Shown piece after piece: positions 52,889-62,991 of a stretch of DNA of 64,000 nucleotides. The translations under genes were made by a program, and so were the position numbers. Source of the DNA: a virus (Duplodnaviria; Heunggongvirae; Uroviricota; Caudoviricetes); the IMG/VR virus record IMGVR_UViG_3300029305_011675. One strand, given 5' to 3'. Numbering within the stretch: the stretch's first letter is position 1; each line of letters begins with the position of its first letter. The notes under the pieces are model-generated. The model saw nothing but the letters and a program-made list of their open reading frames with translations. It searched no databases and was not told where the DNA came from.

Positions 52889-53875
52889 ATGGTTTTAGTA
52901 ACTGGCGGAACTGGTTATATTGGTTCACATACAGCAGTTGAATTACTTAATGAGGGAAAAGAAGTTTTGATTGTTGACAACCTTTCTAATTCCTCGAAAA
53001 GTGTAATAGACGACATTGAAGCAATTACCAATAAAAGGCCTTATTTTATCGAAATGGATATAAGAAATGAAAAAGAGATGAAGGAACTGTTTAAATTTTT
53101 TAATTTTGAATCAGTTGTACACTTTGCGGGACTAAAAGCAGTAGGAGAATCTGTTGAAAAACCGTTAGATTATTACGATAACAATGTCGGTGGCACAATC
53201 AACCTTCTTAAAACAATGAGTGAAAACAACTGTAATAAAATCGTTTTTTCCTCAAGTGCAACAGTATATGGAAATCCAGACATTGTCCCAATCGACGAAA
53301 ATGCACTTTTAAGAACAACAAATCCATACGGAACAACAAAGTTACATATCGAAACAATGCTAAAAGATATTTGTGCAGCAAATCCGCAATTCTCCGCAAC
53401 ACTATTGAGATATTTCAACCCCGTTGGCGCACATGCAAGCAGATTGCTTGGAGAAAACCCCAATGGCATTCCTAATAACTTAATGCCAAGAATTATCGAT
53501 GTAGCACTTGGAAAAGCTGACAAAATCACAGTTTTTGGCACAGACTATCCAACAATAGACGGAACTGGTGTTAGAGATTATATTCATGTAGTTGATTTAG
53601 CAAAAGGTCATATAAAAGCACTTGATAGAATGGGAAATCTCAAAGTATATAATTTGGGAACAGGAACTGGTTATTCTGTTTTAGATATCATCAACACATT
53701 TAACAGGGTAAATCATCTAAATGTAGAAAAGGTTATCTGTGACCGTCGCCCAGGAGACATTGCACAGTGTTATGCAGACCCAATGAAAGCACAAAAAGAA
53801 CTTGGATGGAAAACAGAATTATCTATTGAAGAAATGTGCAAAAGTGCTTGGGAATATGCAAAAAATAGAAACTAA
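52889..53875 (+). CDS. galE: UDP-glucose 4-epimerase
   Basis: VLVTGGTGYIGSH is the Rossmann motif, with YxxxK in an SDR-family context. 328 aa. Confidence 0.9.
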   Translation: MVLVTGGTGYIGSHTAVELLNEGKEVLIVDNLSNSSKSVIDDIEAITNKRPYFIEMDIRNEKEMKELFKFFNFESVVHFAGLKAVGESVEKPLDYYDNNVGGTINLLKTMSENNCNKIVFSSSATVYGNPDIVPIDENALLRTTNPYGTTKLHIETMLKDICAANPQFSATLLRYFNPVGAHASRLLGENPNGIPNNLMPRIIDVALGKADKITVFGTDYPTIDGTGVRDYIHVVDLAKGHIKALDRMGNLKVYNLGTGTGYSVLDIINTFNRVNHLNVEKVICDRRPGDIAQCYADPMKAQKELGWKTELSIEEMCKSAWEYAKNRN

Positions 53876-53883
53876 AGAAAACA

Positions 53884-53922
53884 AGGAGTTGAACATATTC
53901 GTTCAACTCCTTTTTTATTTTA
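53884..53922. terminator. Bidirectional terminator
   Basis: aaggagttgaacatattcgttcaactcctt + ttttttattt. Confidence 0.8.
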
Positions 53923-54277
53923 ACGAATGGATATCTCGTCTAACAACCTCACCTGTACTATCCATAACCCACGAATACAATTGTGCAGTTACAACATCGC
54001 CCTTTTCGACACCCCAATGTTGCGGAGCGAACATGCCTCCGCCTTCGGAAGTTATCGTTTTTTCTAATCCATACTCTTCGCTTTTAACGGTTATCTCAAT
54101 GATGTAATGATGTGTCGTAGCAAACCAATGTTTCCTGTTGACATTGGTAACAACAACATCAATATCTTTCCAGTACAAATGTGGTTGTTCTGGCCGTTCC
54201 ACGGGTTCTAAATCACACCCAACAAGAGAAAAGACAATCAATACTCCGAGCAGAATGCAAACAAACCGTTTAATCAT
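53915..54277 (-). CDS. Lipoprotein, hypothetical
   Basis: Starts at MIKRFVCILLGVLIVFSLVGC (lipobox). Last gene of the Nudix operon. Confidence 0.55.
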   Translation of the reverse strand: MIKRFVCILLGVLIVFSLVGCDLEPVERPEQPHLYWKDIDVVVTNVNRKHWFATTHHYIIEITVKSEEYGLEKTITSEGGGMFAPQHWGVEKGDVVTAQLYSWVMDSTGEVVRRDIHSLK

Positions 54278-54986
54278 CGAGTTTCTTCTTTCGATAAACT
54301 TTTGCAGGACGATATGCCATACCATAGACAGTCTTATCGGTTTCTTCAATACGACTGTCCATAGTGCGCTTAAAGTTACTGATAGGTTTATTTAAAATGG
54401 TCTCAAAAGTTCCCTGTAAAGAACCAACAGTAAACTCCTCTTCTTCAAACTCGAAACCGATATCAGAATAAAACAACTTACCACGAACTCTTTCAAGCGC
54501 CTTTGTGATAATTTTCCCGTGGTCAAAAGCAAGGTCGTCAAAAGTTAAAGTACGAAGTGTATCAATACCAATCAAGGTGTTATCATCAAGAATCTCAAAC
54601 CACTCACCAGCATGAGTTCCATACTGCTTTGTAAAAGTATGAGGTTTCATAATTCCAACATATGCCGTAGAAATAACACGCCAACGACTATCACGGTCAA
54701 TACCATCGAAGGTGTAAAGTTGCTCAAGGTAATACTGGTCATAGCCAGTCTTTTCAAAAACCTTTCTGCGAGCAACTTCCTCAATAGTTTCGTCAATGCC
54801 GACGAAACCACCAGGAAGAGACCACTTACCCTCATAAGGTTCTGTATCTCTTCGAATCAAGAGAACACGAAGACTTTTCTTGCTCTTCTGTCTTTTGTCA
54901 ATGATTTTATCGTGAACCTTAAACATAACGACGTCTGCCGTTACCGAAGGTCTCTCATAACTCATAAAATTTTTATTATCGCTCAT
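54270..54986 (-). CDS. NUDIX hydrolase (ADP-ribose pyrophosphatase-like) with a C-terminal extension
   Basis: The Nudix box is GKWSLPGGFVGIDETIEEVARRKVFEKTG. Confidence 0.8.
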   Translation of the reverse strand: MSDNKNFMSYERPSVTADVVMFKVHDKIIDKRQKSKKSLRVLLIRRDTEPYEGKWSLPGGFVGIDETIEEVARRKVFEKTGYDQYYLEQLYTFDGIDRDSRWRVISTAYVGIMKPHTFTKQYGTHAGEWFEILDDNTLIGIDTLRTLTFDDLAFDHGKIITKALERVRGKLFYSDIGFEFEEEEFTVGSLQGTFETILNKPISNFKRTMDSRIEETDKTVYGMAYRPAKVYRKKKLDD

Positions 54987-54996
54987 TTTTCTTACC

Positions 54997-55431
54997 TCAC
55001 TTTTGGACTATTTCTGCCAATCTTCCTTCTTTTTCTGGCAGAATTCCTTTTCTCAAATCATCAAGTGTAATTACATGACTGCATCCATTCATCATCATCA
55101 AAGAATAATCGCAATCATCCCCGCAACAAACTTGGTAAACCTTTTTGCCTTTTCCAAAGGCATATCCTGCTTCCCAAGCAGTTCCGCTGTCGGAATACAT
55201 TCCGAAATTAAGCACAAATACATATTCACTTTCGCAAAGTGCTTTTCTATCAAGCGCGAAGACCTTTTCTGCCCAAACATGGTTTTCGATTTCTGTGCCG
55301 TTTTCTATTTCGTGTTCCATTGGAACATATACTTCTGTGTCCTTCAATGCCCGCAAAAGTTCGATTACTTCTTTATAGACAACCAATTCTTTTTCAGAGA
55401 AAAAAGGACTTGCTAAATACACTTTTCTCAT
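54997..55431 (-). CDS. Nucleoside 2-deoxyribosyltransferase-like protein
   Basis: VYLASPFF is followed by SDSGTAWEAGYAFGKGKKV. Confidence 0.7.
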   Translation of the reverse strand: MRKVYLASPFFSEKELVVYKEVIELLRALKDTEVYVPMEHEIENGTEIENHVWAEKVFALDRKALCESEYVFVLNFGMYSDSGTAWEAGYAFGKGKKVYQVCCGDDCDYSLMMMNGCSHVITLDDLRKGILPEKEGRLAEIVQK

Positions 55432-55760
55432 AGTGTTTCACCACTATCTTCGAAAACAACAGAGGATTTCGCCTGTTCTTCGGTTACTGTAATAATTTCT
55501 CCTTTGATGTTATAAATAACATAAGAACCTACAGGCGGATACATACGACAGGCAGAATTCGGTTTTACATAACCAATCTTTTCTTGGTCACCGCAAATAC
55601 CATTGCAAGAGCAATATCCGCTGTTTTGATATTCACAATCGCAATTTCGACCACGCTTGCACATCACATCAAAACCATCGTAATCTTCCTCGCTATTGAT
55701 TCTGAATGCCTTTGCTGGCATAATGACCTTACAGTTTACACTTTTTCTATTTTCAAACAT
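55428..55760 (-). CDS. Cys-rich hypothetical protein
   Basis: 110 aa with 10 Cys. First gene of the operon, driven by the promoter at ~55790-55820. Confidence 0.45.
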   Translation of the reverse strand: MFENRKSVNCKVIMPAKAFRINSEEDYDGFDVMCKRGRNCDCEYQNSGYCSCNGICGDQEKIGYVKPNSACRMYPPVGSYVIYNIKGEIITVTEEQAKSSVVFEDSGETL

Positions 55761-55874
55761 ATTATAACAATCCTTTCCTGTTTTATTGTACTTACATTAT
55801 ATCATATTGATATTAAGTTGTCAACCCCTTTTTGCAAAAATAACACCACTTTTTTCAGAAGTGGTGTTATGTAT

Positions 55875-56729
55875 TCACTCTACTACGAAAATAGCAGGTA
55901 TCTTAATTATGTTGTTGTCTTGCATCACTTTCTCACAATATTCCCAATGCTCCATTGGAATCTCTGCATTATTTGTGATTAGTTTTGTAATTGTGTTTTC
56001 CGTAATCTTTTCATCATACAAGAACCAACCAGCAACATTGTTCTTTTCCCACATGTTAAATGGGAACAGAATATTATAACCGCGCCCATTCGCATTAAGA
56101 ACTCGTCTGCTCGTTTTTGGAATTCCGTTTTTCGTAGTCTGATAAGACCAAGCACGATACAGTTGATTATCGTAACGGAAGAGAATATCGGTCTTATATT
56201 TCATGTCTTGTGTTACGGAGGCACGATACATTTCGAATTGTACACCGTATTGAAGAGCATATTTTAGCAGATAATCTTCTATAATTTCCGCCAAACTATA
56301 TTCACGAATATAACTTGCCAAAGCACGAAGACCACGAGCGATTGTTCCTATATAAAAATCTTCAGTGTGAATTATTTCATTTCGTTCTGCATCTTCATCC
56401 TCATAAGCATCGAGAGCATCTATAATATTCACGATGTAATTTGATGGACACATCTTCTCCTCTTGCATCAAACGATGAAAAATTGGAGAAAACGAAACAA
56501 TTTCCCAAATCTCCCACGGAGCCTCTGTTTCTGCAGGAACAATGTAATCCATGCTCCAACCATCTTGTTTCAGTTCAGACAGATTGGCATAATACACTTT
56601 TCTACCGTCCTTGTCATATTCTCTAATAAGTTTTTCGGAGAATAGATATGTACTTGGAATTGATTTACCGTATGGATTGCGCGAATAGAATAGTGTTGAC
56701 CATTGCTTAATATAATCTCGAATTTTCAT
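55875..56729 (-). CDS. Hypothetical protein, paralog of 31274..32143
   Basis: Shared motifs RGLRALASYIRE, ILFRYDNQLYRAWSYQTTKNGIPKTSRR, GWFLYDE and the C-terminus IPAIFVV. Confidence 0.6.
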   Translation of the reverse strand: MKIRDYIKQWSTLFYSRNPYGKSIPSTYLFSEKLIREYDKDGRKVYYANLSELKQDGWSMDYIVPAETEAPWEIWEIVSFSPIFHRLMQEEKMCPSNYIVNIIDALDAYEDEDAERNEIIHTEDFYIGTIARGLRALASYIREYSLAEIIEDYLLKYALQYGVQFEMYRASVTQDMKYKTDILFRYDNQLYRAWSYQTTKNGIPKTSRRVLNANGRGYNILFPFNMWEKNNVAGWFLYDEKITENTITKLITNNAEIPMEHWEYCEKVMQDNNIIKIPAIFVVE

Positions 56730-56860
56730 GAAAACAACTCCTTTCTGTGTATATTTATTGTATCATATTTCATTAGCAATGTCAACATTTTTTTGTTTTT
56801 AAAAATATAAAATGTTAATATGGCATTGTTATATTTTACATATTGGAAGGAGTCTTTATC

Positions 56861-57406
56861 ATGGTAGAAAAAATCTTTAATCTTTTGAACGAGGAAACAG
56901 TTAATCATTCCCGTAGAACTGCTTTAATTTCCAGTATTCTTGCAGAACAGGCTAATTTGCCAAGCGACATTGCTTACGAATGTGGTTTGTGGCATGATGC
57001 AGGTAAAATTCGCATTTTAGACATCATTTCTAAAAATGGGAAATTGACAGATGAAGAGAGAGCATCTGTTAACATGCATCCTGTTTACGGCATAAACTAC
57101 ATAGAAGAGTTTTATGTTGGCGAACACAAGAAGGAAGTTATGGAAGCAGCGATGTATCACCACAGAAAGTCTGACGGTTCTGGTTATCCGCAAACCACCG
57201 CTAAAACAGATTTGCCTTTGATGGTGCAATTAGTGGGCATTGCCGATTGCTTCGAAGCACTGACCGCAAAACGTGCTTATAAAGACGGAATGCCTTTTGA
57301 TGTTGCCAAAAACAAGATTTTCGATGGCGAATGTGGATATTTCACCACAGAAGTGAAATACACCCTTGAAGTCTGTTTTGACAAAATCTGTTCTTCCCTC
57401 AAGTAA
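56861..57406 (+). CDS. Stand-alone HD-GYP domain phosphohydrolase
   Basis: HD is in WHDAGK and the GYP-type motif is HHRKSDGSGYP. Confidence 0.7.
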   Translation: MVEKIFNLLNEETVNHSRRTALISSILAEQANLPSDIAYECGLWHDAGKIRILDIISKNGKLTDEERASVNMHPVYGINYIEEFYVGEHKKEVMEAAMYHHRKSDGSGYPQTTAKTDLPLMVQLVGIADCFEALTAKRAYKDGMPFDVAKNKIFDGECGYFTTEVKYTLEVCFDKICSSLK

Positions 57407-57408
57407 AG

Positions 57409-57445
57409 CAAACACCCCAAGTCTTTCGACTTGGGGTGTCTTGTT
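57409..57445. terminator. Bidirectional terminator
   Basis: aacaccccaagtctttcgacttggggtgtcttgtt. Confidence 0.8.
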
Positions 57446-57456
57446 ATATATAGCGA

Positions 57457-59109
57457 TTATACTTCGCCGTCAGTTTTCTTTGAACCCTTATGGAACTTCT
57501 TGGAAGTCTTTTCCTCTACCACAGGAGCAGGAAGGGACTTATCTTCACCAGTAGTGTTAACAAGCATACCCTTCATAGGGTTCGCTACACTACCAACAAG
57601 ACCCTCTACTTCCTCGTTAAAGGAACGACCATTGAGTGCCTCGTTCTGGACATTCAAACTCTTCATAAGAGTAGGAATGCCAGCAAGAGTGTCGAGAAGT
57701 ACATTGCCACTACCGCCACCGATAGCACCAGGACCCTGTGCCATACCACCGATATTAACAAACTCGGCATTCTGACCAAGGTTTGCCATAATCTGTGCAG
57801 TCTGGGTTGCAATCTGAATCTGTGCATCGCACTTAATCTTGAGACTTTCAATCTCGAAGTTAACCTTTTCGTTAGATGCACGAGCATCAGCAAGTGCTCT
57901 TTCACCATCTGCCTGTGCCATCAACTTTGCACGCTCTGCCTCTGCTTCGGCAAGACCCTTTTCCTTAACGACCTGTGCTTCTGCAAGACCTCTCTGCTTG
58001 GTAACTTCTGCCTCTGCAATACCCTTCTGACGAGCAACATCAGCGACAGCCTGACCTTCCTTACGGGTCTTCTCTGCAATAGCATCCGCAGAAATCTTGG
58101 TTGCATTTGCATCCTTTTCAGCAACCTGAACACGAGTTTCAGCAGCAATGCGGTTAACATTTGCCTCTGCCTCGGCAGCGATACGCTGACGCTCTTTTTC
58201 TGCTTCTGCCTTGGTAGCGATAACTGCCTTTTCCTTTTCGGCAGCAAGGTTTGCCTGTTCCTGTCTTACGACCTCAACACGACCCTGCTGTTCAGCAACT
58301 TCCTGCTGACGAACGGTTCTCTGAAGTTCACCAGCAATTTCTGCATCGGCATTAGCACGGTCAGTTTCTGCCTTGAATCCTGCCTTCTTAATGTCGTTGT
58401 CTCTCTGCTTTTCAGCAATAGCGAGACGAGCATCAAGTTCGTTCTGGGAAGCATCCTTCTCTGCCTCTGCCTTCTTCTTACGAACATCACGGTCAATATC
58501 TGCTCGCTTGTTCTCTGCTGCAAGACGCTTATCTTCCATATCAAGAGCAGCGATATTGTCGTAGTAATGATTGTTGTCGGAAATGTCCTGAATATTCAAG
58601 GAAACAAGTTCCATACCCATATTGCGCATTTCGTCCTGAACAGTATCACGGACATTTTCAGCAAACTTTGCCTTATCCTTCAAAACTGCTTCAGGTGTCA
58701 TAGATGCCACGATATCACGAACAGCACCAGTAAGTGTCAACTTAACATCCTGAATAATACCATCAGAACCGCGCTCCTTAAAGGACATAATTGCCTTCTT
58801 CAAGTTATCAGGATTATTTACATCGGGACGAATCTGTGCAGTCCAGTCAGTAACAATAGGTACAGATGTAATGGTACGAATTTCGTCTCTATCTGCCTTA
58901 ACAGTAAGCATACACAAGTCGAAATACTGTGCCTTGCGGAAAATCGGAATTACGAAACTACCGCCAGATACCTTGATGATAGGTTCCTTACCACCAGTGA
59001 TGATGAGTGCCTTATCGATGTCTGCGACCTTATAAATAGAGCAAAGGAAAATGATAAGTACCACAAGTGCTCCAACTGCGATACCTACGGGAATAAGAAT
59101 TGATTCCAT
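57457..59109 (-). CDS. Flotillin / SPFH family protein (FloT/YuaG-like)
   Basis: N-terminal TM helix, SPFH domain and a long EA-rich coiled coil. Confidence 0.8.
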   Translation of the reverse strand: MESILIPVGIAVGALVVLIIFLCSIYKVADIDKALIITGGKEPIIKVSGGSFVIPIFRKAQYFDLCMLTVKADRDEIRTITSVPIVTDWTAQIRPDVNNPDNLKKAIMSFKERGSDGIIQDVKLTLTGAVRDIVASMTPEAVLKDKAKFAENVRDTVQDEMRNMGMELVSLNIQDISDNNHYYDNIAALDMEDKRLAAENKRADIDRDVRKKKAEAEKDASQNELDARLAIAEKQRDNDIKKAGFKAETDRANADAEIAGELQRTVRQQEVAEQQGRVEVVRQEQANLAAEKEKAVIATKAEAEKERQRIAAEAEANVNRIAAETRVQVAEKDANATKISADAIAEKTRKEGQAVADVARQKGIAEAEVTKQRGLAEAQVVKEKGLAEAEAERAKLMAQADGERALADARASNEKVNFEIESLKIKCDAQIQIATQTAQIMANLGQNAEFVNIGGMAQGPGAIGGGSGNVLLDTLAGIPTLMKSLNVQNEALNGRSFNEEVEGLVGSVANPMKGMLVNTTGEDKSLPAPVVEEKTSKKFHKGSKKTDGEV

Positions 59110-59177
59110 AGTTCAAAACCTCCTGAATATATTTTATTTTTTATTTTTTTTGGCACGGTTTCCCTAACCGTGTTTTT

Positions 59178-59206
59178 ATTATATCACAAACTTTTCCCAA
59201 TGTCAA
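59178..59206 (-). promoter_or_regulatory. Sigma-A promoter for the flotillin gene
   Basis: The reverse complement reads ttgacattgggaaaagtttgtgatataat. Confidence 0.65.
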
Positions 59207-59394
59207 CCCTTAATTTCAAAAAATTTTTTGATTAATTTTTTAATATATTTTATATTATAGTTGTTCTAATTATTCCATTTTTATTTGGAGAAATTTTAAT
59301 TAGATAAGATAATTGGTTTCACCTAATCCGATTATCTGTTTGCTATCCCCGTGGCAAATTGAAAAACAAATTATTGAGAGAGTAGTTTGTAAAA

Positions 59395-59545
59395 TAGGTG
59401 TTTAATATATCGTGTGTTCCTCCCATTCCTTGGCACACGAATTCGTTCAGATGCAAACAGCAACGAAAAAATTACAAGGATTAAAGGGTCTTCTCTCAAC
59501 CCTATACATAAGAAAACACGACCTTCGGGTCGTGTTTTCGTTCTT
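59395..59545 (+). ncRNA. Candidate small RNA (three hairpins ending in an intrinsic terminator)
   Basis: A possible promoter ttgaga..taatat precedes it. The hairpins are cgtgtg-ttcctcccattccttgg-cacacg, then agggtcttctctcaaccct, then aaaacacgaccttcgggtcgtgtttt + cgttcttt. This is structure-only evidence. Confidence 0.25.
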
Positions 59546-59970
59546 TAGTCTTTGTTTTCGTGCGAATAGAAATCAATCATTTCTTTTAGAATTTTATTAA
59601 CTGCCTCCTCAAAAGTGCAGTTATTTTGCTCTTTATATATATTAATGTAGTTAATGGTTTCTTTTTCGAGTTCAAAAGACATCATTTCATAACCTTTTTC
59701 GATTTTTGCTTTTTCGCAAGCAATTACTTTTTCAACAAAGGTTAATTCTTGTTTAGAATAGAATTCTTTATCTTCATCTGTCAGATAGAAAGCATTTGGT
59801 TCCATAAAAGCATCTTTCAATACATCTTCAAATGTATGTTGATGAAAAGAGGTTTCGCTTTCGGAAAAGAACTTCCGTCCTAAAAGTTTAGAATGGTCGA
59901 TATGAAAAGGAAATACAAGATTATAACGAGTGTTTTCTTCCATCTGTTCCATAAACAATATTTTGTCCAT
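59545..59970 (-). CDS. Hypothetical protein
   Basis: 141 aa. Confidence 0.5.
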   Translation of the reverse strand: MDKILFMEQMEENTRYNLVFPFHIDHSKLLGRKFFSESETSFHQHTFEDVLKDAFMEPNAFYLTDEDKEFYSKQELTFVEKVIACEKAKIEKGYEMMSFELEKETINYINIYKEQNNCTFEEAVNKILKEMIDFYSHENKD

Positions 59971-60119
59971 AATTATACCTCCATATATTTCTTTCCTTTA
60001 TTATATAATAAAATCGAAACACTGTCAATACCCATTTTTTGTCTTTTTAGTGTTGACTTATGCTCTTATCTGTGCTATAATATTTAAAATAACACTTTTT
60101 CAGAAAAGAGGGACTTCAT

Positions 60120-61175
60120 ATGATTTTTACAAGCGAACAGGTTTCCAATGGACACCCAGATAAAATTTGCGACCAAATCAGTGATGCAATCTTAACTTAT
60201 CTTTTACAGAACGACAAACAAAGTCGTGTTGCTGTTGAGACAATGATTAAAGATAATGATATTTATATTGTAGGCGAAGTTACATCAAAAGCAACTTTAG
60301 ACGATGCAACCATTACCAGAATTGTTTGTGGTGTTTTATCTAATATTGACCTTGATGTAAGGAATTTCAAAATTCAAACCAATATTTCAAAACAAAGTGC
60401 CGACATTGCAATGGGTGTTGACAAAGGTGGTGCTGGCGACCAAGGAATGATGTTTGGTTATGCAACCAACGAAACTCCCGAAATGTTACCAATCCCCTTT
60501 GCAGTTGCCACACATGCACTGCAAATTTTAGACAAAGAAAGAAACCCAATGCTTGGCAGAGATGCAAAAAGTCAGGTATCGTTTGATTATGACAATCACA
60601 GAATCACAACTTTTCTGATTTCCACTTCTCACAAAAAAGAATATGAAACAGATGATTTCAAAAGTTATATTGAAGATGTAATGTATAGAAGTGCAAAGCA
60701 TTATGGTCTCAATACAGATTTTGAAATTCTAATCAACCCAACTGGAAGATTTGTTGTTTCTGGTTCTTTCGGCGATAGCGGTTTAACAGGCAGAAAAATC
60801 ATTGCAGATACTTATGGCGGTATGTGTCGCCATGGTGGAGGGTGTTTCAGCGGCAAAGATGCCTCGAAAGTTGACCGTTCTGGTGCTTATATTGCACGTA
60901 AAATTGCAAAAGACCTCGTAAGAAAAGAATTTTGTGACAAGTGTGAAATTCAAATTGCATATGCTATTGGTGTAAAAGACCCCGTTTCTATTTGTGTAAC
61001 TGCAGAAGGCATCGAAGAAGATTACACAATTGAGGATTTGGAAAATTACATCAAAAATAATTATGACTTAACTCCACAAGGAATCATTAAGTCATTAGAC
61101 TTACTCAATGTAGATTATAATAAAGTAAGTTCCTACGGACATTTTGGGAACAAGGATGTATCTTGGGAAAAATAA
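60120..61175 (+). CDS. metK: S-adenosylmethionine synthetase
   Basis: FTSEQVSNGHPDKICDQISDA, GAGDQGMMFGYA, DAKSQV and GGGCFSGKDASKVDRSGAY match MetK motifs. At 351 aa it is shorter than the typical ~390 aa. Confidence 0.8.
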   Translation: MIFTSEQVSNGHPDKICDQISDAILTYLLQNDKQSRVAVETMIKDNDIYIVGEVTSKATLDDATITRIVCGVLSNIDLDVRNFKIQTNISKQSADIAMGVDKGGAGDQGMMFGYATNETPEMLPIPFAVATHALQILDKERNPMLGRDAKSQVSFDYDNHRITTFLISTSHKKEYETDDFKSYIEDVMYRSAKHYGLNTDFEILINPTGRFVVSGSFGDSGLTGRKIIADTYGGMCRHGGGCFSGKDASKVDRSGAYIARKIAKDLVRKEFCDKCEIQIAYAIGVKDPVSICVTAEGIEEDYTIEDLENYIKNNYDLTPQGIIKSLDLLNVDYNKVSSYGHFGNKDVSWEK

Positions 61176-61196
61176 TTTAGAAAGAGAGGTATGCAG

Positions 61197-62042
61197 ATGC
61201 AAAACAAATCAAATAAAGAAAAGCATCTGCATACTTTTTTAAGTAAGATGCTTTCTTTTCTTAAATATATAAAGGGAAAAGTTCTCGCTGGTTTTAGCTT
61301 TATTAAGAAAAAATGCGAAACTTTATATGATTTACTCGCTGGGAGAGTTAATGTTGATATTGTGAGGGATGCTAAAATTCTTGTTTTCACTCTGCTGTTA
61401 ATTGTTGTTGGTGTTTTAATCATTCATATCATAAACATATCGTACAATTCTATCACAAACAAGATGTTTGAAAATAAAAAAGTCGAATTATCTCAAATGG
61501 AAGTGGATAAGACTGTCATTCCAACACTCCCGCTTGAAGATATGGACAAACTATCTCCAGTAAGCGATACATCGTCTATTTATCATAATCAAATTTTCTA
61601 TATGTTTGAATTAAAAAAACCAATTAAAAGTACGGGCGAAAATACAGAAGATTATTCCGTATCTGTTTACATCCATAAACCTAATAATGTATTGGAATTT
61701 TTTATGAAAGATTGGTATGGCAATATCATCACAGATAAATATTTAATCAATGTCTCTTTAAGAGAATCGCAAACAGAACACAATTTAGATGTTTTGCAAC
61801 TTAATAAAAAAGACGAAATTGAAAGATTAGAAAACTATATCATTAGCGATATAGAGTTCGAAAGTTACAAAGTAACTTCCCGTAATGTAACAAAATATTT
61901 TCTTTTATCAGAATTAAGTGAAAATATTTGTTTAGTATATTCGATTTCACAAAATAAGGCAGCAGACATTCCAAATTTCAATTATTTATCCCATATAGTT
62001 CCAGCAGAATACAGAAATCTCATAGAGCAACCTTCGAAATAA
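61197..62042 (+). CDS. Membrane-anchored hypothetical protein
   Basis: A single TM helix after a basic N-terminus. Terminator at ~62030-62070. Confidence 0.5.
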   Translation: MQNKSNKEKHLHTFLSKMLSFLKYIKGKVLAGFSFIKKKCETLYDLLAGRVNVDIVRDAKILVFTLLLIVVGVLIIHIINISYNSITNKMFENKKVELSQMEVDKTVIPTLPLEDMDKLSPVSDTSSIYHNQIFYMFELKKPIKSTGENTEDYSVSVYIHKPNNVLEFFMKDWYGNIITDKYLINVSLRESQTEHNLDVLQLNKKDEIERLENYIISDIEFESYKVTSRNVTKYFLLSELSENICLVYSISQNKAADIPNFNYLSHIVPAEYRNLIEQPSK

Positions 62043-62224
62043 GCGAAGGTTGTTTTTATTTTTTGAAATTTCTTTTTTTCTTTATTATAATATTTATATC
62101 AGATTTTTGTTATATTTGCAGGAGAACATCTAAATAACTTTAATCTTTGACATATACACACTAACTAATATTTTGATTTGACAATTTTCTCCAATTGTCG
62201 CTGTCTTTAAGGAGGACATTACTT

Positions 62225-62941
62225 ATGAAAACTTTTGAAACTTCCCCTCGCATGCATTATGCAACCGCTTGTTCTATGATTCACGAACTTGCAAAGACCT
62301 TGGCTGTTCCCTATATTAAGTTGTCAATGGACAACATCGTTATTCCCAGTATGAAGAGATATGGTTTTGCTTCTGCACAGGTCACTTGTGTAAGAAGTAA
62401 GGAAAATCCTGAAGGTCAGATTTACAAAGATGGCCATATGGTCGTTCGTGCCATTGATGGTCACCTCATTGAAGAGACCTTTGAAGATGCTTCCTCTTCT
62501 GGTGTTATCGATGGCAATAACACTTACGATGCTTATGCTTGGACAGAAAAGAAGGTTTCTCGTGCCATCGAAGCTGGCGATACCAAACCCATTGGTCGCT
62601 TTTCGCCCGAAGGACTGGCAAACTTTGCTCGCATCTATAACTCGCTCAAGACCGAAAGAGACAGAGACCTGTTTTGCGACAGTTTTATGCCTTATGGCAT
62701 CGACCTTCTGCTCATTCATACTGATGCAGAAGATAAGATGTGCATTGAAGTCACACAGGAATTGTGGGATGCTGGTTTGAGATATTGGGCAGACGATTGG
62801 CGCAACAATTCTATGGATGAAAACGGCATGGTCGATACCACTGCTTTGAAGGTTGGCGACTTGCTCGTTATTTCTCCCGAAGGTGCTTATGTTTGTGCAG
62901 CAAGTGTTGCTCGCCAGACATATCGCAAAGTAACTGAATAA
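62225..62941 (+). CDS. Hypothetical protein
   Basis: RBS aaggagg. 238 aa. Confidence 0.5.
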   Translation: MKTFETSPRMHYATACSMIHELAKTLAVPYIKLSMDNIVIPSMKRYGFASAQVTCVRSKENPEGQIYKDGHMVVRAIDGHLIEETFEDASSSGVIDGNNTYDAYAWTEKKVSRAIEAGDTKPIGRFSPEGLANFARIYNSLKTERDRDLFCDSFMPYGIDLLLIHTDAEDKMCIEVTQELWDAGLRYWADDWRNNSMDENGMVDTTALKVGDLLVISPEGAYVCAASVARQTYRKVTE

Positions 62942-62947
62942 GTTAAC

Positions 62948-62985
62948 AGATATTGCTCTCACGAAAGTGAGAGCAATATTTGTTT
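62948..62985 (+). terminator. Rho-independent terminator
   Basis: atattgctctcacgaaagtgagagcaatat + ttgtttttt. Confidence 0.8.
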
Positions 62986-62991
62986 TTTATG

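Noticed and set aside
57490-59103. 537-aa + strand ORF opposite the flotillin gene (also 40092..40904, 45343..46323, 52015..52419 and 28591..29028 opposite other genes)
   Set aside because: These are low-complexity, Cys/Leu/Phe-rich antisense frames lying within clearly homologous genes on the other strand. They lack RBSs.
59980-60119. SAM (S-box) riboswitch upstream of metK
   Set aside because: The leader is only ~60 nt between the promoter (ttgacttatgctcttatctgtgctataat) and the RBS. There is no room for an S-box, and no characteristic helices were seen.
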